A DNA stretch of 63,322 nucleotides, filler included, from Anaerolineae bacterium (GTDB lineage Bacteria > Chloroflexota > Anaerolineae > Epilineales > Epilineaceae), in assembly GCA_029262755.1 (NCBI GenBank). It is 6 parts of 6 records of this genome, joined end to end, with 100 filler letters (N's around TTAATTAATTAA, not from the genome) between each part and the next. Parts side by side here need not be neighbours in the genome. Positions count along the whole stretch, not along the records: positions 30,030 to 45,691 come from JAJCYU010000179.1; positions 45,792 to 48,450 come from JAJCYU010000180.1; positions 48,551 to 60,391 come from JAJCYU010000181.1; 3 more parts are not named here. One strand, 5' to 3'. Shown in pieces: positions 38,821-48,879 of the stretch. Both the position numbers and the translations under genes were made by a program. The notes beneath the pieces were generated by a model. The model searched no databases and had not been told where the DNA came from. It saw only the letters and a program-made list of their open reading frames with translations. How positions within the stretch are numbered: position 1 is the stretch's first letter; each line of letters begins with the position of its first letter.

Positions 38821-41319
38821 TCACTCGCGCCGCGCCCACGGTAGGTACACCGACGCGCGATCCGGCGCGTCGATGGTGGGCGTCACCTCGGGCGTCTCTG
38901 GCGTAGCGGGCGTCACGGGCGTCCCCGTTGCCACCGCCGTCGCAACCACCGTCGCCGTCGGGCTCGGCGCACCCGTCGGCGTCGCCACGGGCCCCGCGCC
39001 GCGCGCGGCGTCGAAGAAGTCGAGGACCGCGACGTTGGCGTCCGCGAAGAAGACATGGTCGGCCCAGCTTACGTCGAGTTGTTCTTGCACGCGGCTGCGT
39101 AGGGGCTGGATTTGCGCGGGTAGTTCCGCGGACCAATCCCAGGCCTTGGGGGCGCCGGACAGCCAGTTCCACGGCACGAACGAAGGCGAGAGCACACCGG
39201 AATCGACCATTGCCGCGTGGACCTGGCGCGAAGTTGCGTTGTCGATCCCCGGCTCGCGGGCGAACCGTGTTGCGTAGACCGGGGTGGCGCGCAGCGTGAA
39301 GAGGCCGGTGGCGATGCCGCGCGCGAGGAGCGTTTCGTGGTTCTGTACCGCCTGCATCGTGTCCACCCGGCTGTCGCGCATGCCGAAGGCGAAGAAGTAG
39401 GGCACGTCCGTCTCGCGCATCACGGAGCGGCGACCGCCCGCGCTGTAGACGGCGCCGGCGGATAGGTCGAGCGCATCGGCCAGAATGGAGGCGAAAGCGC
39501 CGCCGTTGGACATGCCGAGCGCGAAGGCCGGCAGATCATCCGGCACGGCGGGCAGGGCGCGCATGCGGGCGATGGCGTCGGCCACGTGCGCGATGTCCGG
39601 GTTGCCGGGGTGCGGCGAGGTCGTGTCCCACTGCCGTGCTTGCCGGTCCGTGCTCTCCGGCACGAGCACGGCGTAGCCGCGCGCGACGGCGTCGTCCAAG
39701 AGGAGACGCTTCTCCGCGCTGCGCTGGCGCTCCACCCAGCCGTCCGCGCTGCCTCCCGAACCGTGCAGCGCGATCACGATGCCGACGGGATCGGCCGGGA
39801 CGTGGGCGTGGACGGCGCCGCCGTCGAGCGCGATCGTCTGCGGCGACCAGCCCGCCGCAAAGCGCCAGGTCGCAGAGACGGAACCGGAGGCGCGCAGCGT
39901 CACGTAGGTGTTGCGCGCACGCGGCTCGTCCAGCCGGACGGCGTCGGCGTCCGCGGTCACCCAGCGGTCGAAGGTGCTGCCAGCCGGATCCGGGTCGGCG
40001 AAGATCGCCACGCGGCCGTTCCAATCCTCCGGACCATCGCAGCAGCCGCCCTTCACGCTCACCAAGTCGGGCGCGCGCGCCGGTTGGGTCGGCTTGCCGC
40101 GCGTGTGGCGAAGCATCCGCGCGTCGAGGAACTCCGTCACCGTGTGGAAGACCTCGGCCGAAAGCGTGTGGTCCGCGTAGGCAACCTGGAGCTGCTCGTA
40201 GATCGCCCCTTCCTTGTCCCGATGGGCGGCACGGATGGCCGTGCGCCAATCGCTGCGCCGGGGGCTCTCGCGCAGGAAGCCGCCGGCGTCCAGGTAGCCG
40301 CCGCTTGCAATGTCGTCGTAGATCTCGCGGCTATGGCCGGGATGGGTTCCGAGGATGCTCCAGAACCGCAAGGGGTGAAGCGGCTGCGGCTCGAACCAGG
40401 CAACGTCCGTCGGGATGCCGCGCCGCGCCAACGCATCCGCCGACTGCTGTCCGCGTTCGTTGGCACCGGTGGTGTCTTGCCTTCCGAGGACGAACAAGGT
40501 CGGCGATTCCATCAGGCCGTCCAGGGCCGGAGGAAGACCGTTGCCGTAGAGCACGGCCACGTCGAAGTCCATGGCCTCGGCGAGCAGCCCGGCAAAGCCG
40601 GCACCGTTCGAGAAGCCGATCGCCGCCCGCGGCCAGGCCGCGTCGAGGATACCTTCGTCGGTCAACGCCTCGAGCGCGCCGCGCACACGCGCGAGGTCGT
40701 CGTTGGCGTCGGCGGGCCACGTGGTGTCCCAGGAATTGGAGCTGCGATTCAGGCTGTCGATCGCGACGACCGCGTAGCCGTGGTGCACGAGTTGGCGGGT
40801 CAGGTTGCGTTGCTCGGGCCGGTCGCCGTTGAACCATTCCTCCGCCTCGCCGCTGCCGCGGTGGGCGAGAAACACGACGCCGACCACGCGTTCGACCCAA
40901 CCACCGGTCGCGGCCCCGTCGCCCGGCACCTCGACGTGGATCCGGACCCCGTCGCGCATGAGCGTCGTGGGCGCCCATACGGCGGAGTCCTCGAGCTCGG
41001 CACGCACGAGCACATCGGCAGCGGGCATCCGCACGACGGTGTGCGGCGCGTAGATATCGGCCACGGCGGCGCGATCGCCGGCCCACCAGCGGAACAGGTC
41101 GCCGTGATTGGTCGGGTTTGCCCAAATGTGAACCAGCGCGCCTGGCGCATAGTCGCCGGAGCCGCTGCCGTTGCGCACGGTGAGCGCGTAGGTGTCTTGC
41201 GCCTGCACACGCGACGTGCCCGGTAGCAACACACCGGCGCCGGAAGTTCCCGAGAGCACTACTGCGAGGCCGATCACGAGGCCGGACCAGGCAGCGAGTC
41301 GGAGAATGGTACGAGACAT
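38821..41319 (-). CDS. Secreted tandem esterase (two alpha/beta hydrolase domains, each after a small beta domain) with PT linker and VYLPWARRE tail
   Basis: GFSNG and GMSNG nucleophile motifs, GRQD/GMRD, ADH twice; signal peptide from ATG 41319. Confidence 0.82.
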   Translation of the reverse strand: MSRTILRLAAWSGLVIGLAVVLSGTSGAGVLLPGTSRVQAQDTYALTVRNGSGSGDYAPGALVHIWANPTNHGDLFRWWAGDRAAVADIYAPHTVVRMPAADVLVRAELEDSAVWAPTTLMRDGVRIHVEVPGDGAATGGWVERVVGVVFLAHRGSGEAEEWFNGDRPEQRNLTRQLVHHGYAVVAIDSLNRSSNSWDTTWPADANDDLARVRGALEALTDEGILDAAWPRAAIGFSNGAGFAGLLAEAMDFDVAVLYGNGLPPALDGLMESPTLFVLGRQDTTGANERGQQSADALARRGIPTDVAWFEPQPLHPLRFWSILGTHPGHSREIYDDIASGGYLDAGGFLRESPRRSDWRTAIRAAHRDKEGAIYEQLQVAYADHTLSAEVFHTVTEFLDARMLRHTRGKPTQPARAPDLVSVKGGCCDGPEDWNGRVAIFADPDPAGSTFDRWVTADADAVRLDEPRARNTYVTLRASGSVSATWRFAAGWSPQTIALDGGAVHAHVPADPVGIVIALHGSGGSADGWVERQRSAEKRLLLDDAVARGYAVLVPESTDRQARQWDTTSPHPGNPDIAHVADAIARMRALPAVPDDLPAFALGMSNGGAFASILADALDLSAGAVYSAGGRRSVMRETDVPYFFAFGMRDSRVDTMQAVQNHETLLARGIATGLFTLRATPVYATRFAREPGIDNATSRQVHAAMVDSGVLSPSFVPWNWLSGAPKAWDWSAELPAQIQPLRSRVQEQLDVSWADHVFFADANVAVLDFFDAARGAGPVATPTGAPSPTATVVATAVATGTPVTPATPETPEVTPTIDAPDRASVYLPWARRE

Positions 41320-41762
41320 GGTTGGCTCCCTTGCTGCCGGCGGTTGTGCCGGCATGGTGGGCGGACTCTGTGTTGCGGGATGCTGAGTGCGATGCTGAGT
41401 GCGATTCGTTCTGATGGGTAGTGATCCACCTGTATCTGGACGCGATCCGCCCGCATTTAGGGACACGGACGCCTTCCGCCGTTCCCCTTGCCGCGTCGTC
41501 CAGCAGACCATCCTTCGCGGGCCGGTTCACACGCAGCAACAGGGCGAGACCGGATTCCGACCCTGCGGCCTAGTAAATCGCGTGGCGCCCCCGTACCATT
41601 CAGTGCGTACGACACACTTGGAGCGCAACCGCACGCGCGGGGAGCACAACCGCAACATCCTGCGCGTCCTAAACGCACCAGTTCCTGCAACAACTACGTG
41701 CACTTTGTGCACGCGTCTCTTGTCCATCGCGGCATCCCTATTTCGAGGAGTTGCATCCCCGT

Positions 41763-42656
41763 ATGGCCTACCACCGCAGCGCAGCCTCGCTCACCCTGCT
41801 CGCCACGATGTTCGCCGCGACGCTCGCCCTCTCCGCGTGCGGCGGCGCGGGCAACCGTACCGTCATCCAGAACAAGGGCTCCGACACCTTGGTCAACGTA
41901 GCCCAAGCGTGGGCCGAGAACTACCGTGCGGTAAACCCGGACGTCGCCGTCGCGGTGACGGGTGGCGGGTCGGGCACCGGCATTTCGGCCATGATCAACG
42001 CCACTGTCGATATCGCCAACGCCAGCCGCACCATGAAGGACAGCGAGCTCGAGGCGGCCCGCGCCAACGGCATCGAGCCGATCGAGCACATCGTGGGCTA
42101 CGATGCCCTCGCCGTCTTCCTCCACGAGGACAACCCTCTCTCGGAGATCACCCTCCCGCAACTCGCGGGAATCTACGGTGACGGCGGCGAAATCCAGTCG
42201 TGGAGCCAGCTCGGCGTGACCGTTCCCGGCTGCGACAGCGACGAGATCGTGGTCGTGAGCCGGCAGAACAACTCGGGCACCTACGAGTATTTCCAGGAGA
42301 CCGTGCTGGGCAAGGACGGCGACTTCCGACTCGGGACCAACGACCTGCACGGTTCCAAGGACGTCGTCGATCTCGTCGAGAACACGCCGTGCGCCATCGG
42401 CTACAGCGGCCTGGCCTACGCCATCCCGGAAGTGCACATGCCCTGCGTCGTGGACACGAGCGGCAACTGCATTACGCCATCGAGCGAGACGGCGATCGAC
42501 GGCAGCTACCCGATCGCGCGCCCGCTCTTCATGTATACCGCCGGCGAGCCGCAGGGCGCTGTCGGCGACTATCTGGCCTGGGTGCTCAGCGCGGAGGGAC
42601 AGTGCATCATTGCCGAGAAGGGCTACGCGCCGGCAGAGCCGGTCGACTGCGGCTGA
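41763..42656 (+). CDS. pstS: Phosphate ABC transporter substrate-binding lipoprotein
   Basis: Lipobox LSAC; KGSDT, GGGSGTG, ASR, RQNNSGTYEYF, YPIARPLFMY. Confidence 0.95.
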   Translation: MAYHRSAASLTLLATMFAATLALSACGGAGNRTVIQNKGSDTLVNVAQAWAENYRAVNPDVAVAVTGGGSGTGISAMINATVDIANASRTMKDSELEAARANGIEPIEHIVGYDALAVFLHEDNPLSEITLPQLAGIYGDGGEIQSWSQLGVTVPGCDSDEIVVVSRQNNSGTYEYFQETVLGKDGDFRLGTNDLHGSKDVVDLVENTPCAIGYSGLAYAIPEVHMPCVVDTSGNCITPSSETAIDGSYPIARPLFMYTAGEPQGAVGDYLAWVLSAEGQCIIAEKGYAPAEPVDCG

Positions 42657-42729
42657 GCACGAAGCTTGGCACGACACCTACGACACCTTCGGCGCCGTTC
42701 GCGTTGAGCCCCCACCACGGAGGGCCACG

Positions 42730-43791
42730 ATGACCCATTACGACCGACGCATCGAGCAAGATGAGCAGACGATTCGCGAGCGCGTGCGCAAGGTGGCCGA
42801 CAAGGTCGAGCGCGCGTTGGACGACGCCGTGCGCGCAATCCTGACCGACGACCGCGCCCTGGCCAACGCCACTATCCTCGGCGACCTCGAGATCAACCGC
42901 GAGATCCGAGACATCGATCACCTGTGCCTTGCCTTCGTCGCGCGGCACCTACCCACCGCCGGGCACCTGCGCTTCGTGTCCGCCGTGCGCCGGCTCATCA
43001 TCGAGCTGGAGCGTGTGGGCGACTACGCGGTGACGATGTGCCGTGCGGCAGTCCAGCTCAAGGCGCCGCCGCCGGGGCCGATCCTGCGCGACATCGAGAT
43101 GATGGCCGATCACTCGCGCCAGACGCTCAGCGAGTCGATCAAGGCCTTCAACAACGGCAATGCCGATCAGGCGCGGGTCGTGCGCAACCTCACGCGCCAG
43201 ATGGCGAGCAGCTTCCGACGCGCGATGGCCGATCTCGTGCGCGAAGGCGAGAGCGGGGAGCGCGACCTGGCGGACATCTTCGCCCTGCAGTCGATCCTCG
43301 GCCGTCTGGAACGTGTCAACGACCAGGCCAAGAACATCTGCGAGGAGACGATCTTCGCCGTCACAGGCGAGACGAAGCCGCCCAAGGTCTACCGCGTGCT
43401 CTTCATCGACGAGCGCGACGACTGCCGCACGAAGCTCGCCGAGGCCGTGGCACGCAACGACTTTCCCGACAGCGGCCGCTACGCTAGCGCGGGCTGGAAG
43501 CCGGCGGCCGAGCCGGATGCCGCGTGCCGCCGTGCGCTCGACGACGAGGGGCTGGACTTGGACGAATACGAGCCCAACCTCCTGCGCCCCGTGCGCGACG
43601 TCCTCGACGACTATCACGTGATCGTCGGCGTCGGCGCCGACGCGCGGCCGCATATCCCGGAGTTGCCCTTCCATACGGTATTGCTCCACTGGGAACTGGC
43701 CCCGGCCGAGAGCGCCACCGCCGCGCTGCCCGAGATCCGCGAGCGCGTGCGCGGGCTTATGCGCACCCTTCGCGGCGAGGACGCGTCTTGA
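42730..43791 (+). CDS. phoU: PhoU fused to C-terminal ArsC/LMW-PTP-like domain
   Basis: ELERVGDYA and LERVNDQAKNICE PhoU repeats; VLFIDERDDCRTKLAEA..SAG LMW-PTP-like fold. Confidence 0.88.
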   Translation: MTHYDRRIEQDEQTIRERVRKVADKVERALDDAVRAILTDDRALANATILGDLEINREIRDIDHLCLAFVARHLPTAGHLRFVSAVRRLIIELERVGDYAVTMCRAAVQLKAPPPGPILRDIEMMADHSRQTLSESIKAFNNGNADQARVVRNLTRQMASSFRRAMADLVREGESGERDLADIFALQSILGRLERVNDQAKNICEETIFAVTGETKPPKVYRVLFIDERDDCRTKLAEAVARNDFPDSGRYASAGWKPAAEPDAACRRALDDEGLDLDEYEPNLLRPVRDVLDDYHVIVGVGADARPHIPELPFHTVLLHWELAPAESATAALPEIRERVRGLMRTLRGEDAS

Positions 43792-44741
43792 GCTCTCCGT
43801 TGGCGACGACAACGGGGTCGAACCCGGCGCCGCGCGGGCGCGGGGCTTCCTCTGCGCCCGATCGCAGGGACCGGGCCTGGTACGTCGACAGGGCGATGCA
43901 GGCCGTGGTCTTCGTGGGCGGCATTTCCGGCATCGTGGCCATCATCGGCATCTTCGTGTTCATCATGCGCGAGGGCTTCGGCTTCATCGTCGGGCCCATG
44001 GATCCGGTGGAGTTCTTCACCTCGATCGCGTGGCGACCGACCTCGAGCAACCCGACCTACGGCATCCTCGCGCTTGCAGCGGGTACGGCGAGCGTCACAG
44101 GGTTGGCCATGCTCATCGCCGTGCCGTTTTCGCTCGGCGCCGCCATCTACATCGGTGAGTTCGCCACGGGCCGCACACGCGAGACGCTCAAGATTCTGGT
44201 CGAGATGCTGGCCGCGATCCCGTCGGTGGTCTGGGGCTTTATCGGCCTGAGCATCATGAACAAGCTGATCATCCGCGTGTTCGACGTGCCCATCGGCCTC
44301 AACGTGCTCAACGCCGGCGTGATCTTGGGGCTGATGGCCGCACCGATCATGACCACGATTGCCGAGGACGCGCTGAAGGCCGTCCCGGACACCTACCGCG
44401 AGGCGGCCGAAGCCATGGGCGCCACGCGCTGGCAGGTCGTGCGCCACGTCGTCCTGCCCGCCGCCAAGAACGGTCTTGTCGCCGCGGTTCTGCTGGGCGT
44501 CGGCCGCGGCTTCGGCGAGACGATGGCCGTGTTGATGGCCAGCGGTCACTCCATCAACCTGCCGACGAGCCCCTTCGATTCGGTGCGCGCTCTGACCGCG
44601 ACGATCGCGGCGGAGATGGCCGAAACGGCCAACGGCTCGGAGCACTACCAGGCGCTGTTCACCCTGGGCATCCTGCTCTTTGCGGTCACCTTCGTCATCA
44701 ACCTCACCGCGGACATCGTCGTTCGCGGAAGGAAGGCGTAG
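43788..44741 (+). CDS. pstC: Phosphate ABC transporter permease
   Basis: EMLAAIPSVVWG, EAAEAMGATRWQ, GRGFGETMAV. Confidence 0.93.
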   Translation: MSSPLATTTGSNPAPRGRGASSAPDRRDRAWYVDRAMQAVVFVGGISGIVAIIGIFVFIMREGFGFIVGPMDPVEFFTSIAWRPTSSNPTYGILALAAGTASVTGLAMLIAVPFSLGAAIYIGEFATGRTRETLKILVEMLAAIPSVVWGFIGLSIMNKLIIRVFDVPIGLNVLNAGVILGLMAAPIMTTIAEDALKAVPDTYREAAEAMGATRWQVVRHVVLPAAKNGLVAAVLLGVGRGFGETMAVLMASGHSINLPTSPFDSVRALTATIAAEMAETANGSEHYQALFTLGILLFAVTFVINLTADIVVRGRKA

Positions 44742-45641
44742 ATGGACACCATCGAGGCCACGCAGTCCACGCTCTTTGCACGAACGCCGCTCGACGGACG
44801 TAACGAGCGGCACGAACGTTGGGTGCGGCGCCTGTTCCTGGCCATGACCCTGCTCTTGATCCTGCCGGTCGCGCTGATCTTGCTCGTGCTTGTCGTGCGG
44901 GGCTCTTCGGCGCTTTCGTGGGAGTTCTTCTTCACCTACCCGAGCGACGGAATGACCGCCGGCGGTATTCTGCCGGCGCTGGTCGGCACGATCTGGCTCG
45001 TCGCGGTCGCCCTGCTGGCCTCCGTGCCCGTCGGCGTCGCGGCCGCGCTGTACTTGAGCGAGTACGCGCCGGACACCTGGCTCACGCGGCTGATCAACCT
45101 GGCGATCATCAATCTGGCCGGTGTGCCGTCCATCGTGTACGCGCTCTTCGGCATCGGCGCCTTCGTGCTCTTCTTCCAATTCGGCACGAGCATCCTCGCG
45201 GCCAGCCTCACGCTGGCGGTCATGACGATGCCCGTGGTCATCGTATCAACACGCGAAGCATTGCAGTCGGTACCGCAGGCCTTCCGCGAAGCCTGCTGGG
45301 CCATGGGCGCGACGCGCTGGCAAACGATCCGCAAGGTCGTGCTGCCCAACGCGATCAGCGGCATCTTGACCGGCATCATCCTCGAGGTCTCGCGCTCCGC
45401 GGGCGAAACGGCGCCGATCATGTTTACGGGAGCTACCGCCTATATGGCTTTTCTTCCGGAATCCGTATTCGATCAGACGATGGCGATGTCACTGCATCTT
45501 TTTGTCATCTCAACGCAGATCCCGGACGTGCCGGATCACCTTCCCTATGGAGTCGCACTGCTGTGGATTTTGATCGTTCTGGTCTTGAACGCCACGTCCA
45601 TTGGATTCCGTGTTTACCTGAGAAAAAAGAAGAAGTGGTAA
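44742..45641 (+). CDS. pstA: Phosphate ABC transporter permease
   Basis: NLAGVPSIVY, GATRWQTIRKVVLP, RSAGETAPI. Confidence 0.94.
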   Translation: MDTIEATQSTLFARTPLDGRNERHERWVRRLFLAMTLLLILPVALILLVLVVRGSSALSWEFFFTYPSDGMTAGGILPALVGTIWLVAVALLASVPVGVAAALYLSEYAPDTWLTRLINLAIINLAGVPSIVYALFGIGAFVLFFQFGTSILAASLTLAVMTMPVVIVSTREALQSVPQAFREACWAMGATRWQTIRKVVLPNAISGILTGIILEVSRSAGETAPIMFTGATAYMAFLPESVFDQTMAMSLHLFVISTQIPDVPDHLPYGVALLWILIVLVLNATSIGFRVYLRKKKKW

Positions 45642-45691
45642 TGCGGATGACGTCAACTCCAGCATCACAGCCCACGCAGACGACCAGGAAT
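45641..45691 (+). CDS. Probable 5' end of pstB, truncated by gap
   Basis: ATG overlapping the pstA stop; position only, no motif visible. Confidence 0.4.
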
Positions 45692-45791
45692 NNNNNNNNN
45701 NNNNNNNNNNNNNNNNNNNNNNNNNNNNNNNNNNNTTAATTAATTAANNNNNNNNNNNNNNNNNNNNNNNNNNNNNNNNNNNNNNNNNNNN
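45692..45791. other. Artificial contig spacer
   Basis: N run with TTAATTAATTAA. Confidence 0.99.
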
Positions 45792-45890
45792 CGACGATGG
45801 CCGGGGCGACGGTCGTGGGGTCGGCGGAGCATCGGCCGGCGATCGTGGGAGCGACGATCGTGGGAGCGACGATGGCGGGAGCGACGACCG

Positions 45891-46121
45891 CTGAGCGCCG
45901 ATCTGGGTTTCCGGCACCGCGTGCGCAAGACCGGCGAGGTCGAGGTCCGTCGCGACGGACGGACCGTGATCGTGGTGCGCGGCGACGCGGCGGCCAAGCT
46001 GGCGCGCAAGCTCAAAGGGTGCACGCCGGACGGGGTGCAGCAGTTGCTGGCGCGCGCCACGGGGAACTACAAGCGCGGGAACGAGCGCGATGCGAGGCGA
46101 AAGGAGCTGCGCGAGGGCTGA
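45891..46121 (+). CDS. Small basic hypothetical protein
   Basis: LGFRHRVRKTGEV..QQLLARATGNYKRGNER; start uncertain (CTG 45891 or GTG 45921). Confidence 0.6.
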   Translation: MSADLGFRHRVRKTGEVEVRRDGRTVIVVRGDAAAKLARKLKGCTPDGVQQLLARATGNYKRGNERDARRKELREG

Positions 46122-46356
46122 GGGTCGCAAGGGCCTACCTACGTTATGCGGCGACCGCCACGTACTTTCGTGAGGCCTTTCCATCCGGTCGTGGCAACGT
46201 TCGCAACGAAGTCCGCGCCTCCTTGCGACGGAGTCGGGCACGTTCGAATCGCCGATTCCGACGGCTTCCCTATTCGCCGCCCCCGGGCCCCTCTGGTACC
46301 CTGCCGCGCTATCGCGCGTGGTCGCATCCGGCCGCCGCACCCGGGAGAGCCAGCCG

Positions 46357-48060
46357 ATGAACTACGGCTTTGTCATCGACAACCGCAGCTGCATCGGCTG
46401 TCATGCGTGTAGCACCGCATGCAAGGCCGAGAACGAGGTGCCGCTGGGTGTGAATCGCACCTGGGTGAAGTACGTCGACAAGGGTGCGTTTCCGCACGTT
46501 CGTCGGCATTTTCAGGTCAATCGCTGCAACCATTGCGCGAACCCGCCTTGTGTTTCGATCTGTCCGGTCACCGCGATGTACCAGCGCACGGACGGCATCG
46601 TCGAGTTCGATCCCGAGATCTGTATCGGCTGCAAGGCCTGCATGCAGGCCTGCCCCTACGACGCGATCTACATGGATCCCGACACCGGTACGGCCGCCAA
46701 GTGCCACTACTGCGCGCACCGGACGGACATCGGACTGGAGCCGGCCTGCGTCGTGGTATGCCCGACGCAAGCGATCATCGCAGGCGACCTGGACGATCCG
46801 GACAGCCGCATCTCGACGCTCGTCGCGCGGCACAACGTCAGCGTGCGCAAGCCCGAGCAGGGCACGTTGCCCAAGCTCTTCTATATCGACGCCGACGAGG
46901 TCACGCTCAGTCCCTCCTCGGGCATGGCGCCCAGCTCCTTGATGTTCAGCGAGCTGGACAGCGAGCAGGACGTAGCGGGCGCGCGGATGGAGAGCCTCAA
47001 CCCGCGCTACGGGCTGGATCAGGGCGCCGCGGACTACACCCGGCCCATCGTGCTCGGCGCCGGCACGCAGGCCGGGCACATGGTGCAGACCAGCTACACG
47101 GCGCAGCATAAGGTGCCGTGGCATTGGCCGGTACCGGCCTACTTGGTCACGAAGGCGATCGGCGGCGGCATGTTGATGCTGCTCGCCCTGCTCTTTGGGC
47201 TCGGCGCGACGCCGTTCAGCCGCACGGTCGCGATTGCCGGCGCGCTGACCGCGCTGATTGCGATCGGCGCGACCACGGCGCTGTTGGTCTTGGACCTCGA
47301 CAAGCCGAGCCGCTTCTTGAGCGTGCTCACGCGGCCGCAGTGGAAGAGTTGGCTCGCGCGCGGCGCGTACATCCTCGTTGGATTGACGGTCGTCGCCGGC
47401 GTGTGGTTGCTCGTGGAATCGGCGGCCGCCCTCGGCCTGCTGCCCGCAGGCGTCGCCGACCTCGCCCGACCGTGGCTGCTTAGCACCAGCGGCGTGCTCG
47501 GCCTGCTCGCGGCGGTGTACACGGCGTACCTGTTCGGGCAGGCGGAGGGACGCGATCTGTGGCAGAGCACGTTGCTGCCCGGTCATCTCGCGCTCCAGGC
47601 CGTGATGGCCGGCGCCGCCGGGCTGTTGCTGCTGCTTGGCGGCGTGCTACCGGCGCTTGGGGCCATGTGGCCGGCAGGGCTCGGGGCCGCTTCCGTCGGC
47701 GGGTTGGCATGGCTCGCCGAGGGGGCGGGCATCTGGCTGGTGGCGATCCTCATCGGCACGCTCGTGATCGATCTGGGGGTGACCTGGAGCGGCGAGCTCG
47801 GCATGCCGCACGCCAGCACCTCGGCGGCTCGTGCGGCGCACGAGATCCGCAAAGGCAAGTGGTCCACACACTTCTGGGGCGGCGCGGTGGGTATCGGCCA
47901 TGTACTACCGCTAGCGTTGTTGGTGCCGGTCATGACCGGCACGATTCCGAGCAGCTTCGGCATGCTCGCCGTGTTGGTTGCGTCTGCTGCGGCGATCGGG
48001 GGGTTGTACGTGTACGAGCTTTGCTTCGTCATGGCGCCGCAGGAGGTGCCCAATTCCTAG
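46357..48060 (+). CDS. 4Fe-4S dicluster subunit fused to NrfD/PsrC-type membrane anchor
   Basis: CIGCHACSTAC, CNHCANPPCVSIC, CIGCKACMQAC, CHYC..PACVVVC; WHWPVPAYL, LDLDKPSRF, multiple TMs. Confidence 0.92.
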   Translation: MNYGFVIDNRSCIGCHACSTACKAENEVPLGVNRTWVKYVDKGAFPHVRRHFQVNRCNHCANPPCVSICPVTAMYQRTDGIVEFDPEICIGCKACMQACPYDAIYMDPDTGTAAKCHYCAHRTDIGLEPACVVVCPTQAIIAGDLDDPDSRISTLVARHNVSVRKPEQGTLPKLFYIDADEVTLSPSSGMAPSSLMFSELDSEQDVAGARMESLNPRYGLDQGAADYTRPIVLGAGTQAGHMVQTSYTAQHKVPWHWPVPAYLVTKAIGGGMLMLLALLFGLGATPFSRTVAIAGALTALIAIGATTALLVLDLDKPSRFLSVLTRPQWKSWLARGAYILVGLTVVAGVWLLVESAAALGLLPAGVADLARPWLLSTSGVLGLLAAVYTAYLFGQAEGRDLWQSTLLPGHLALQAVMAGAAGLLLLLGGVLPALGAMWPAGLGAASVGGLAWLAEGAGIWLVAILIGTLVIDLGVTWSGELGMPHASTSAARAAHEIRKGKWSTHFWGGAVGIGHVLPLALLVPVMTGTIPSSFGMLAVLVASAAAIGGLYVYELCFVMAPQEVPNS

Positions 48061-48073
48061 CAAGAAGCCCGCT

Positions 48074-48450
48074 GTGGGCCTGTCTCCCTATCCGCCGGTC
48101 GACCGCTGGAATGACTGGACCGAGCACGATCCACGGGCGTGGCCGCGGCGCGAAGAGCGCAATTACACGCTGGTGCCCACGGTGTGCTTCAACTGCGAGA
48201 GCGCGTGCGGCCTGCTGGGTTATGTCGACCGCGAGACCCTCGAGATCCGCAAGTTCGAGGGCAATCCACGCCACCCCGGCAGCCGCGGTCGCAACTGCGC
48301 GAAGGGCCCGGCCACGCACAACCAGGTCTACGATCCGGAGCGGATCCTGTATCCGTTGCAGCGGGTCGGCGAGCGCGGTGCTGGCCAGTGGAAGCGCGTG
48401 ACGTGGGACGAGGTTCTCGACACGCTCGCGGCCCGCTTGCGCGCCGCATT
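48074..48450 (+). CDS. Molybdopterin oxidoreductase catalytic subunit, N-terminal fragment
   Basis: CFNCESAC..GNPRHPGSRGRNCAKG..RILYPLQR..WKRVTWDE; truncated by gap. Confidence 0.9.
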
Positions 48451-48550
48451 NNNNNNNNNNNNNNNNNNNNNNNNNNNNNNNNNNNNNNNNNNNNTTAATT
48501 AATTAANNNNNNNNNNNNNNNNNNNNNNNNNNNNNNNNNNNNNNNNNNNN
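48451..48550. other. Artificial contig spacer
   Basis: N run with TTAATTAATTAA. Confidence 0.99.
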
Positions 48551-48879
48551 AACAGGGGACCCGTACGATGTCCACGGACACCTGGTTCGCAGCTTCGTGT
48601 GGCGAACAACAGCATCGAGTTCTCCTGCTAGAATGCCGACGGCGGCGCGGCCGGAAGGATGCGAGGCCCGCGTAATCATTGTCGACGTCGGCGGAGGTAT
48701 GGGCAAGATTTGTCCTCCCGGCTACGAGTTGACCCTACCGGCGAGGGTTGCCGCGGCAGGCGGCATAACGATTCTGCCCCGCGGCTCGCAATCGCAATCG
48801 CACGACGTCGACGTTAGAGTTCGCTTTCCCGACGGCCCCATCTCGCGCGGGCCGGCGCGCCCCACACAGGTGTGTCACG

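Noticed and set aside
39586..41226. Long antisense or alternate-frame ORFs (also 21333-22733, 43614-45179, 60538-61953 and others)
   Set aside because: Shadow ORFs expected in high-GC DNA, overlapping well-supported genes and lacking recognisable motifs.
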